A stretch of 64,000 nucleotides of DNA from Dehalococcoidales bacterium (lineage in GTDB: Bacteria > Chloroflexota > Dehalococcoidia > Dehalococcoidales > RBG-16-60-22), in the NCBI GenBank assembly GCA_041652735.1, contig JBAZGT010000004.1, forward strand, positions 21,916 to 85,915, written 5' to 3'. Both the position numbers and the translations under genes were made by a program. Every line of letters starts with the position of its first letter. The first letter of the stretch is position 1. This document shows positions 55,701 through 64,000 of this stretch, piece after piece. The notes beneath the pieces were generated by a model. That model had not been told where the DNA came from, did not search any database, and worked only from the letters and a program-made list of their open reading frames with translations.

Positions 55701-57030
55701 CATAAGCGAGGTCAAGGGTAAAGTGTCCGTCCCTTCCTCCAAGAGCCTGACCATACGCGCTCTGATGTGCGCCGCTTTGAGCCGGGGGGAAAGCGAGATA
55801 TCCAATCCCCTGGTCAGCGATGATACCAATGCCGCCGCCGCCGTGCTGGAGAAAATAGGGGTGGGGATAGTTAAAGATAACAACGTATGGCGGGTGTCCG
55901 GCGGTAAACTCCGCATGCCGGTAGGGGATATCGACTGCGGCGAGTCCGCGACGACGATGCGCTTTCTTACCGCTATTATCGCGCTGGTGCCGGGGGAGCA
56001 CCGCCTGGTGGGCGGCCCCATGCTTACCAAAAGGCCGATACGCCCGCTGGTGGAAGCCCTGGCCAGGCTGGGCGTTAAGGGCGCCACCGCCGGCAAGACC
56101 ACCCCTCCGGTGACCATTACCGGGGGTACTTTCACCGGGGGCGCCACGCTGATTGAAGGCAATGTCAGCTCCCAGTACATTTCGGCGCTGCTCCTTCTGG
56201 CGCCGTTTTCCAAGACGGCCACCAGCATCAAGCTGACCACCCCCCTCACCTCCCGTCCCTACGTGCTCATGACGATCTGGTGCCTCAAGCAGTTTGGTAT
56301 CAACGTCACCGTAGGGGCGAACCGGTTCCTGGTCAAACGCCAGCGCTACCAGCCGGCTAAAGTGAATGTGGAAGGTGACTGGTCCACGGCGTCCTATTTT
56401 CTGGCGCTCGGGGCTATTTCTGAAGAGGGTATTCAGATAGAAAACCTCAAGACCGCCAGCTTCCAGGGCGACCGCGTGATGCTGGATTTCCTGCGCGGCA
56501 TGGGGGCGGCGGTGCGTGTTTCCGGGGATACCGTTACCGTCAGCCGCAATCGACTCCGCGCTATCAATGCCGACCTTTCCGACTGTATTGATTTGCTGCC
56601 GACTCTGGCCGTGCTGGCCGCCCTGGCGGAAGGGCAGAGCGTGTTCGTCGGCGTGGGCCGCGCCCGCATTAAGGAGTCGAACCGCGTGGCGGCGGTCAAG
56701 GACGGCCTGCTTAAAATGGGCGTTAACGTTGTCGAGCAGGGCGACCGGCTGGCCATCACCGGACTGAAAATAGCCAAAAAGCCCGTTATGGAAGATGAAG
56801 AAGACGCCGGCGAGACCTCCCCGGCCCAACCCGGAGCCGCGGCTACGCCGCCAAAAGAGCCGGTAGTAATTGATAGCTACGGCGACCACCGTATCGCCAT
56901 GGCTTTCGCGGTACTGGGGGCGTCGCTGGGGGGTATTACCATAGACGGCGCCGAGTGCGTCACCAAGACCTTTCCCGGTTTCTGGGAAGCATTCGCCGGC
57001 ATAGGGGGTAAAATAAGGAAACATGAGTAA
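55678..57030 (+). CDS. aroA: 3-phosphoshikimate 1-carboxyvinyltransferase (EPSP synthase)
   Basis: ORF track. ...VSVPSSKSLTIRAL...GESATTMRFL...KRPI.PL...KESNR...GDHRIAMAF. Confidence 0.92.
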   Translation: MNMKATVDISEVKGKVSVPSSKSLTIRALMCAALSRGESEISNPLVSDDTNAAAAVLEKIGVGIVKDNNVWRVSGGKLRMPVGDIDCGESATTMRFLTAIIALVPGEHRLVGGPMLTKRPIRPLVEALARLGVKGATAGKTTPPVTITGGTFTGGATLIEGNVSSQYISALLLLAPFSKTATSIKLTTPLTSRPYVLMTIWCLKQFGINVTVGANRFLVKRQRYQPAKVNVEGDWSTASYFLALGAISEEGIQIENLKTASFQGDRVMLDFLRGMGAAVRVSGDTVTVSRNRLRAINADLSDCIDLLPTLAVLAALAEGQSVFVGVGRARIKESNRVAAVKDGLLKMGVNVVEQGDRLAITGLKIAKKPVMEDEEDAGETSPAQPGAAATPPKEPVVIDSYGDHRIAMAFAVLGASLGGITIDGAECVTKTFPGFWEAFAGIGGKIRKHE

Positions 57031-58114
57031 CAGCATCGGCAAATTATTTACCATCACCAGCTTCGGGGAGAGCCACGGTAAAGCGGTGGGGATAATCGTT
57101 GACGGCTGTCCGGCCGGCCTGCCGCTGGCTGAGGCGGATATCCAGCCGGATCTGGACCGGCGGCGTTCCGGCGGCGGCGCGGCTGCCACGGCGCGGCGGG
57201 AAAATGATAAAGCTGAAATCCTCTCCGGCGTCAGCGGCGGTTTCACTACCGGCGCGCCGCTCTGTATGCTGGTACGCAATGAAGATGTTGATTCCTCCGC
57301 CTACGATAAATTGGGGGCTGAACTCCGCCCCGGCCACGCGGACTACACCGCTTACCTGAAATACGGCGGCTTTAATGATAAACGCGGCGGGGGCCGGTTT
57401 TCCGGTCGCATTACCGCCTCTTTCGTTATGGCGGGTGCCGTCGCTAAAAAGCTGCTGGGCACTATCGGCGTGGAAATCGCCGCCCATACGGTGGAGATTG
57501 GCGGGATTCCGGCCAAAGCGGTCGATTATAAAGAGATAAAGAAGCTTTCGTCGGCCGACCCCCTTTGCTGCGCCGACCCCGCGGCGTCAAAGCAGATGCA
57601 GGCGCATATTATTAAAACGAAAGAGGCCGGGGACAGCCTGGGCGGCATTATCGAGGGCGTCGCTTTAGGCCTGCCGGCGGGCCTGGGCGGGCCGGTCTTT
57701 GATAGCCTGGACGGTGACCTGGCTAAAGCCCTGTTTGCCATCCCGGCCGTCAAAGGGGTGGCGTTCGGGGCGGGGTTTGCTTCCGCCCGCCTGAAGGGGT
57801 CGGAAAATAATGACGCTTTTATGATGAAAGACGGTAAAATTATTACCGGGACCAATAACGCCGGGGGGATTTTGGGGGGCATCAGCACCGGCATGCCGCT
57901 GGTGGTCAGGGTCGCCGTCAAGCCCACGCCCTCCATCGCTCTGGAGCAGGCGACGGTGGATATCGCGGCCATGCAGGAGACCACCATTAAAGTGGGCGGG
58001 CGGCATGACGCCTGCATCGTTCCCCGCGCGGTAGTGGTGGTGGAAGCCATGATGGCGGTCACGCTGTGCGACTTCTCCCTGCGGGCGGGAATAATGTCGA
58101 GAGTGTTGAAATGA
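57023..58114 (+). CDS. aroC: chorismate synthase
   Basis: ORF track. ...FTITSFGESHGKAVG.IVDGCPAGL...RPGHADY....GGGR.S.R.T...GGISTG.P...KPT.SI. Confidence 0.93.
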   Translation: MSNSIGKLFTITSFGESHGKAVGIIVDGCPAGLPLAEADIQPDLDRRRSGGGAAATARRENDKAEILSGVSGGFTTGAPLCMLVRNEDVDSSAYDKLGAELRPGHADYTAYLKYGGFNDKRGGGRFSGRITASFVMAGAVAKKLLGTIGVEIAAHTVEIGGIPAKAVDYKEIKKLSSADPLCCADPAASKQMQAHIIKTKEAGDSLGGIIEGVALGLPAGLGGPVFDSLDGDLAKALFAIPAVKGVAFGAGFASARLKGSENNDAFMMKDGKIITGTNNAGGILGGISTGMPLVVRVAVKPTPSIALEQATVDIAAMQETTIKVGGRHDACIVPRAVVVVEAMMAVTLCDFSLRAGIMSRVLK

Positions 58115-59178
58115 ACATTGATGAATTAAGGAAGAAAATCGACGCCATAGACGCGCAGATAGTGGCGCTTATCTCCGAGCGGCAAAACGTCTCCAGAGAA
58201 ATCGGTAAGGGCAAGAACAAGACCAGCCGCCTTATCGAGGACCGGGAGCGGGAGCTGCGCGTGCTCAAACACGTGCGGGAGCTGGCGCGGGATAACAAGA
58301 TAAGCCCGGCGGATATAGAGGTAATTTACCAGCAAATCATCACCGCCAGCAAGAAGATACAGGGGGTGGCGGTGGCTTTCCAGGGCGAGCCGGGAGCTTA
58401 CTCGGAGGAAGCGGCGGTTCGCTTTTTCGGCAAGTCCACCAAGGGTATTCCTTACGAAGGCCTCGATGGGGTCTTCGATGCGGTGGAGCGGGGGGATGCC
58501 CCTTTCGCTATGGTGCCGGTGGAAAACTCGCTGGAGGGCAGCATCACCCGGGCTTATGACCTGCTCCTGGACTCGCCGCTGATGGTCTGCGGGGAGACGG
58601 AGCTGCGCATCAGCCACTGCCTGATTGCCCTGGAAGGCGCGGGACTGGACACTATCAAGTACGTTTATTCCCACCCCCAGGCGCTGGGGCAGAGTCGCAG
58701 CTTTTTAAAAAAGCTAAACGCGGAAATCGTGCCCGCCTCGGATACGGCCGGCAGCGTCCGCATGATTAAGGAGGCGGGCAGGCTGGACTGCGCCGCCGTC
58801 GCCTCCGCCAGGGCCGCCGAGCTTTACGGCCTGAAGATACTGGCCAAAGAGATTGAAGATAACCCCCATAACTTTACCCGGTTCTTCGTCCTGTCTAAAG
58901 AGGACTCCCCGCCCACCGGCAACGATAAAACATCTATCGTGTTCTCCCTCAAGCACAAGCCGGGCGCGCTGTACGATTGCCTTCGGGAGTTTGCCGCTCG
59001 CAAGGTCAACCTCTCCAAGCTGGAATCCCGCCCCACCCGCCACCAGCCTTGGGAATACAATTTCTATATGGATTTCTCCGGCCACCGCGAGCAAAAAGAG
59101 GTGACGGAAGCGCTCCAGGCGCTGGAAGAGCACGCGGTTTTCGTCAAGATATTGGGGTCTTACCCTAGGGCAAGGTAA
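58111..59178 (+). CDS. pheA: bifunctional chorismate mutase / prephenate dehydratase
   Basis: The track ORF begins at 58066. ATG at 58111 overlaps the aroC TGA (ATGA). MNIDELRKKIDAIDAQIVALISERQ (CM), ...VAFQGEPGAYSE... (PDT), with a C-terminal ACT-like region. Confidence 0.88.
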   Translation: MNIDELRKKIDAIDAQIVALISERQNVSREIGKGKNKTSRLIEDRERELRVLKHVRELARDNKISPADIEVIYQQIITASKKIQGVAVAFQGEPGAYSEEAAVRFFGKSTKGIPYEGLDGVFDAVERGDAPFAMVPVENSLEGSITRAYDLLLDSPLMVCGETELRISHCLIALEGAGLDTIKYVYSHPQALGQSRSFLKKLNAEIVPASDTAGSVRMIKEAGRLDCAAVASARAAELYGLKILAKEIEDNPHNFTRFFVLSKEDSPPTGNDKTSIVFSLKHKPGALYDCLREFAARKVNLSKLESRPTRHQPWEYNFYMDFSGHREQKEVTEALQALEEHAVFVKILGSYPRAR

Positions 59179-59208
59179 CAGAAAATAAAAGTCGATAACA
59201 CATGAGTT

Positions 59209-59294
59209 GTCATTCCCGACCTGATCGGGAATCCAGTAGTGGGGAAAAGGGGTTTGGGAAAATCCCCCTTAATCCCCCTTTTTCAAAGTGGGAC
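59209..59294. repeat. composite repeat: GTCATTCCCGA-cctga-TCGGGAATCCAGTAGTGGGGAAAAGGGG... plus AAATCCCCCTTAATCCCCCTTTTTCAAAGTGGGAC
   Basis: Read directly, with the hairpin at 59212-59232. It is clearly homologous to 62834-62956. Confidence 0.8.
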
Positions 59295-59319
59295 AATGTA
59301 TTGTTTATTAATATTGTCA

Positions 59320-59898
59320 TAAGAAGACCTCGCTGGATACCCCTCAGCTTTGCTGTGGGGTATCCAGCGAGGTTCGCCGCAAGGCGAACAGAGTAGTTTG
59401 TAGGGAGAAGAAAGAAGATGGTATAAAGGTGGGGTGGGGATAAGACGGACAAAACACGCGGTCTACGAACTGAAATATCACCTGGTATGGGTGCCGAAAT
59501 ACCGAGCGAAAGTGTTGGGGGTGGCACAAAGGCGATATCTGAAAAAGCTGTTCGAGGAAATCGCCGAGGAATATGAATTTCAAATAGACACGATGGAAGT
59601 GATGGAAGACCATGTACACGTGTTTATCGAAGTACCACCGTCGTATAGCCCTGCGAGAGTGGTACAGATCATGAAAAGTATATCGGCGAAAGAGTTATAC
59701 AACAAATATCCGGAGTTAAGGAAGAAGATGTGGAGTGGGGCAATATGGGGGGAGGGATACTTCGCGAGAAGCGTGGGTGATGTAGTGACATCGGATGTGA
59801 TAAGAAGATATATCAAATATCAACAAGACGAGGACAAACCTAGTCAATCAAAGATGTTTTAACGATGCCCCAGAAGCCCCCCAGCTTGCTGGGGGGTA
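59320..59898 (+). mobile_element. IS200-type insertion sequence (IS200/IS605 family, tnpA only); boundaries approximate
   Basis: A Y1/HUH transposase gene is flanked by related subterminal hairpins. The left one is CCTCGCTGGATACCCC-13 nt-GGGGTATCCAGCGAGG at 59328-59372, with inner core CCCCtCAGctttgCTGtGGGG. The right one is CCCCCCAG-cttg-CTGGGGGG at 59877-59896. A second small hairpin, TTCGCC-gcaa-GGCGAA, lies at 59373-59388. Confidence 0.75.
59434..59862 (+). CDS. tnpA: IS200/IS605-family transposase TnpA (Y1 HUH)
   Basis: ORF track. ...HAVYELKYHLVWVPKYRAKVL...MEDHVHVFIEVPPSYSPARVVQIMKSISAKEL...WGEGYFARSVG...IRRYIKYQ. Confidence 0.9.
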   Translation: MGIRRTKHAVYELKYHLVWVPKYRAKVLGVAQRRYLKKLFEEIAEEYEFQIDTMEVMEDHVHVFIEVPPSYSPARVVQIMKSISAKELYNKYPELRKKMWSGAIWGEGYFARSVGDVVTSDVIRRYIKYQQDEDKPSQSKMF

Positions 59899-59899
59899 A

Positions 59900-59934
59900 G
59901 TCACTCCAGCGAAAGCTGGAATCCATCTGTGGGT
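59900..59934. repeat. hairpin repeat GTCACTCCAGC-gaaa-GCTGGAATCCATCTGTGGG
   Basis: Read directly, with the hairpin at 59905-59920. It belongs to the same family as 59209-59243 and 62754-62790. Confidence 0.75.
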
Positions 59935-59986
59935 AACCTCTATTATCTCCCTGTAACCTTTTCTCTGTAATTCCCCACTATATAGT

Positions 59987-61207
59987 GTGAGCGCCGTGAC
60001 GGGTGTGACTTTGGCGGAAAAAACGGATACGGAACTGGTGGCGCTGGCGCGCTGCGGTGATAAGGACGCTTTCGGGCTGCTGGCGGAGCGTTACCAGACT
60101 GTCGCCCGGCGTTTCGCCCTGCGGCTTATCCGGAACGAGGATGCCGCGCAGGACCTGGCGCAGGAGGCGATGCTCCAGGCCTATCTTTCGCTTGATAGCC
60201 TCCGCGACCCCTCCCGTTTCAAGAGCTGGCTCTGCGGCATCGTGTTGAATGTAAGCCGGAGCCGCCTGCGGGAACAGAAAGTCGCCTTTTTCTCGCTGGA
60301 AGCAATTATAGAAGGTCTTTCGTTCTTCCCCGCCCCTTTTGCCGCTCCGGAATTAACGCCGGAAAAGCTCGCCGAGGAAAAGGAGCAGTACGATGCCGTC
60401 CTGAACGCGGTCAGTTCTCTGCCTCCCCCGGACCGGGATATTCTTTCTCTGTTCTACTACGCGCAGTTGAGCCTGCAAGAAATTATGAAAATACTGAATA
60501 TACCGGCAGGTACCACTAAAGTACGCCTGCACCGCGCCCGAAAAAGACTTAAGACAGTGCTGCAAGAGCATTACCCGGAAATAATGCCATTAGAAAAGAG
60601 GAGGAAAATCATGGTCAAAGTTACTATCGCCGATGTGGTTAAAGTGGAACGAAAGGAAGGGCAGCCACAGCTCGCTGAACAGTATGTTGTCCTGCTTTAT
60701 GACGAAGCGGGCAGGCGCGTGCTGCCTATCTGGGTAGGCCCCTTCGAGGGAGAGTCTATTGCGATAGGGTTGAGTGATTTTGCCACGCCCCGGCCGTTAA
60801 CGCACAATTTTTACTCCAGCCTTCTTCAAGCCATCAACGCGAAAGTAACAGAGGTATGTGTCGTGGCGTTGAAAAAAGATACTTTCTACGCGGTGGTTAA
60901 AATGCGTTGCGGTAAAAAAACGGTCGAGGTTGACGCGCGCCCGAGCGATGGCATCGCTCTTGCGGTCCTTAACGATGTTCCTATCTTTGTCGCTGAAGAA
61001 GTATTAAAGACCGGCGGGGGCATTATTCCGGAGGCCGTGAAAGGTTCACCGAACCGCAAAGGACTGGAAAAAATCATTAAAGGCTTAGGAGAACTGCAGC
61101 GTCAACATCAAGCCAATCTGAATCAATACTTGAAACAATACCATGAAAGGTCTCCAGAAGATATTGCCAGAGAAAAAGAGGCAACTATCGCCGCTATGTT
61201 TCAATAA
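59987..61207 (+). CDS. ECF-type sigma-70 family factor fused in frame to a bifunctional-nuclease (BFN/DUF151) domain, 406 aa
   Basis: ORF track. GTG start. Region 2: DAFGLLAERYQTVARRFALRLIRNEDAAQDLAQEAMLQAY. Region 4: LPPPDRDILSLFYYAQLSLQEIMKILNIPAGTTKVRLHRARKRL. From aa 209 onward the BFN pattern appears: VVLLYDEAGRRVLPIWVGPFEGESIA, RPLTHNF, TFYAVV, DARPSDGIALA, PIFVAEEVL. Confidence 0.8.
   Translation: MSAVTGVTLAEKTDTELVALARCGDKDAFGLLAERYQTVARRFALRLIRNEDAAQDLAQEAMLQAYLSLDSLRDPSRFKSWLCGIVLNVSRSRLREQKVAFFSLEAIIEGLSFFPAPFAAPELTPEKLAEEKEQYDAVLNAVSSLPPPDRDILSLFYYAQLSLQEIMKILNIPAGTTKVRLHRARKRLKTVLQEHYPEIMPLEKRRKIMVKVTIADVVKVERKEGQPQLAEQYVVLLYDEAGRRVLPIWVGPFEGESIAIGLSDFATPRPLTHNFYSSLLQAINAKVTEVCVVALKKDTFYAVVKMRCGKKTVEVDARPSDGIALAVLNDVPIFVAEEVLKTGGGIIPEAVKGSPNRKGLEKIIKGLGELQRQHQANLNQYLKQYHERSPEDIAREKEATIAAMFQ
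60599..60613 (+). promoter_or_regulatory. internal in-frame Shine-Dalgarno (AGGAGG) plus ATG at the sigma/BFN domain junction
   Basis: AGGAGG at 60599-60604, a 6-nt spacer, then ATG at 60611, which is codon 209 of the fusion ORF. Confidence 0.5.
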
Positions 61208-62298
61208 ACGGTGAACATCAGCGGCTGTTTCAGGTCCGGGGCCGGGGGAATGAATTCCGGCGGGCGCACTATCTCGAACGTCAGCGCTTTATGCTTGCAG
61301 CCGATGACGCAGACGCCGCAGCCCAGGCACTTTTCCGCGTTGATGGACGCCTTGGGCTTTTTGGAGCCGGGCGCCGACTTCATTTCTATCGCGCCGAAGG
61401 GGCAGCGCTTGAGGCAGGTCCGGCAGCCCTTGCATAGCTCCAGGTTTACCGATGGCCGGAACCGGCTGGGCGCGCTAACCTCATTGACATGTCCGGACTC
61501 CAGCGCCGGCTCGAAGGTGGAGCAGCAGTCCGGGCAGCAGTTGCAGATAACCCCGGAAAGGGAGGCGTTATTGCCGGGTTGGTTATGCACCAGCCCCGCC
61601 TCCTCCGCTTCGTCACAGATGGCAATCGCTTCCTCGACGCCGATGGCTTTCATACGCCCGCCCCGCCCCGTTTCATAGTCCACCATGCTGCCGAAGTGCA
61701 GGCAGTTGACCAGCGGCTTGCCGCACCGCTCGTAGATGCGGCGGCAGTCGCACGGCACCACCCCTATTTTTCCCGCCCGCGCCAGCATCTCCGCGATGTT
61801 CTCGTACCAAAGCACCTGTTCGGGCTTGATTTCCGGGTTGGCGGCTATCGCTTTACGCGCCGGTATCACCCGGAGCAGCGGCCGGCCGGTCATTTCATAC
61901 AGCTTGAGCCAGCCGTGTATCTCGGCGAAGGGGGAGGACAGATAGCGCTCGTCGCGGCGGCGGTGCTCTATCATGCCGGGATGCGTGTATTCCTCACCGC
62001 TGAACATGACGCGGGCTTTAAGCTGGTGGGCGTCCATCCAGGCCAGGTACTGCGTCTTGCCCCGGAAAAGCAGCCCGCGCCGCGCCAGGTTGTCCATCTT
62101 GGCGGCGGCTGTTTCTTCCTTCAGGCCGAGGATTTGCGCTGTTTCCGAAGGCGTCTTGGGCTTGTCCAGCGCCAGCAGGTATTTCCCTTCCTCCGGCGTC
62201 AGCAGCATCGTCAGTAATTCCATGAAATGCGCGTCGCCGGTCAGCCGGTACTTTTCCGCCAGCTTATCATAAACAGCATTATTGGTTGACATAATCAC
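61201..62298 (-). CDS. uncharacterised Fe-S protein: N-terminal wHTH-like region, central Cys-rich module, C-terminal 2x[4Fe-4S] ferredoxin domain
   Basis: ORF track. 365 aa with CDCRRIYERCGKPLVNC, CNCCPDCC, CKGCRTCLKRCP and CLGCGVCVIGC. Its 3' end overlaps the convergent sigma gene by 7 nt. Confidence 0.7.
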   Translation of the reverse strand: MIMSTNNAVYDKLAEKYRLTGDAHFMELLTMLLTPEEGKYLLALDKPKTPSETAQILGLKEETAAAKMDNLARRGLLFRGKTQYLAWMDAHQLKARVMFSGEEYTHPGMIEHRRRDERYLSSPFAEIHGWLKLYEMTGRPLLRVIPARKAIAANPEIKPEQVLWYENIAEMLARAGKIGVVPCDCRRIYERCGKPLVNCLHFGSMVDYETGRGGRMKAIGVEEAIAICDEAEEAGLVHNQPGNNASLSGVICNCCPDCCSTFEPALESGHVNEVSAPSRFRPSVNLELCKGCRTCLKRCPFGAIEMKSAPGSKKPKASINAEKCLGCGVCVIGCKHKALTFEIVRPPEFIPPAPDLKQPLMFTVY

Positions 62299-62317
62299 TC
62301 CGCGCTAGATTTTGCGA

Positions 62318-62644
62318 CTATTTTACTTCGTAAGAAGCGAAGATAAAATCGAGGTCGGACTGTAAAGCGGCCAGCTTTTCCGCCGGGAAAAGCTTTTCAT
62401 CCACATCGAGCATCAGCTTGGTTTCCCCGCGCGCCATCCCCACGATGTGCGCCCGCAGGCACTCCTTTTCCTTCATGGTAAAGATGAGTGTGGCGCGGGT
62501 GATGAAGGAGGCGGACTCATCCGGCAGGGTGTAGGTCTCCAGCTTGTTTTCGCCCAGCGCCGCCCCCTGCTTCAGCGTAAAGTCCCTTATCTCCGCGTAA
62601 AGCAGTTCCGGGCTGACTTCCGTGTAGGTTTTCTTGATTTGCAT
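62318..62644 (-). CDS. hypothetical protein, 108 aa
   Basis: ORF track. It lies 19 nt upstream of the Fe-S protein gene on the same strand. I recognise no motif. Confidence 0.6.
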   Translation of the reverse strand: MQIKKTYTEVSPELLYAEIRDFTLKQGAALGENKLETYTLPDESASFITRATLIFTMKEKECLRAHIVGMARGETKLMLDVDEKLFPAEKLAALQSDLDFIFASYEVK

Positions 62645-62753
62645 ATTCTGTCTCCCTATCCGGCTACATCATAGAGCTTTACCCTGATTTGTTCAAGTTG
62701 AGGTAAAAGAAGAAAGGTTAATAGTCAACAGTTATCAGTTGAAAGTTGCCGTT

Positions 62754-62956
62754 GTCATTCCAGCGAAGGCTGGAATCCACCATTGGCTAATAAGTGAGAC
62801 GGATTATTCTAAGCAAAATAACCACAATAGCCCGTCATTCCCGCTCACCCTGAGCTTGTCGAAGGGGAAAGCGGGAATCCATTGGTGGGGAAAAGGGGTA
62901 GTGGATTTCAAAAACCCTTTAATATCCCTTTGCAAAAGGGGGAATAAGGGGGATTT
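62754..62956. repeat. cluster of hairpin repeats downstream of rho
   Basis: Three units are present. GTCATTCCAGC-gaag-GCTGGAATCCACCATTGG, with its hairpin at 62757-62776. GTCATTCCCGC...GCGGGAATCC at 62837-62878, enclosing a GCTCACCCTGAGCTTGTCGAAGG unit at 62843-62865. GGGGAAAAGGGG...AAACCCTTTAATATCCCTTTGCAAAAGGGGGAATAAGGGGGATTT at 62887-62956. Confidence 0.8.
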
Positions 62957-62961
62957 ATTTG

Positions 62962-64000
<1,039 letters not shown>

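Noticed and set aside
55663-57279. 538-aa ORF on the minus strand.
   Set aside because: It is antisense to aroA and aroC. The translation is Arg/Gly/Ala-rich with no motifs. It is a high-GC shadow ORF.
59209-59934. The idea that tnpA is a RAYT flanked by its REPs (a REPtron).
   Set aside because: The protein has the classical IS200 TnpA pattern (YHLVWVPKYR, DHVHVFI, GYFARSVG) rather than RAYT motifs. The flanking family-A repeats are in direct orientation, not inverted. The immediate end hairpins are a different sequence.
59979-59996. TATATA just upstream of the sigma-gene GTG, considered as a -10 element for a leaderless transcript.
   Set aside because: There is no acceptable -35 at 16-18 nt. 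The hexamer ends 2 nt from the annotated GTG, so the geometry does not work. The start site of this gene remains unresolved.

Overview
This window is high-GC bacterial chromosomal DNA made up almost entirely of core housekeeping genes. I found no CRISPR array, prophage, tRNA/rRNA gene or recognisable defence island. Gene content and order are consistent with an anaerobic Chloroflexota, possibly Dehalococcoidia-like, organism; this is inference only.

Layout, left to right:
- 1-6113 (minus): 11-subunit-type nuo operon, nuoA-B-C-D-H-I-J-K ... L, with no nuoEFG. Two small non-Nuo genes sit between nuoK and nuoL.
- 6372-10139 (minus): aminotransferase plus indolepyruvate:ferredoxin oxidoreductase (iorAB).
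- 10391-13542: Fur/Zur-family regulator plus a metal ABC transporter.
- 13667-18726: PhzF-like protein, otsA-otsB (trehalose), convergent glgC, and a GGCT-like protein.
- 18818-21798: a small Cys-rich ORF, ahcY and metK.
- 21799-23087: a low-GC islet carrying an orphan 194-aa gene and a hicB/hicA-like toxin-antitoxin pair.
- 23088-30626: pgm, PGI/PMI, GNAT, marR-MFS, a YgjP-like peptidase and a large membrane protein.
- 30781-50945 (minus): about 20 kb of gap-free ribosomal genes, rpsL-rpsG-fusA-S10-spc-alpha-truA-rplM-rpsI, with no tuf.
- 51198-52309: rnhA plus a zinc-ribbon coiled-coil gene.
- 52438-59178: aroB-D-E-K-A-C-pheA operon.
- 59320-59898: an IS200-type element.
- 59987-61207: an ECF sigma factor fused in frame to a bifunctional-nuclease (DUF151) domain.
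- 61201-64000: an uncharacterised Fe-S protein pair and the 3' part of rho.

Nearly every non-ribosomal intergenic region carries GC-rich hairpin repeats belonging to at least five families.

The candidates most worth follow-up are the sigma-BFN fusion, the nuoK-nuoL mini-genes, the low-GC islet, the long low-complexity tail on ribosomal protein S3 and the hairpin repeat families. None is a demonstrably new multi-gene system. All function calls rest on my own reading of the translated motifs, because no database search was possible.
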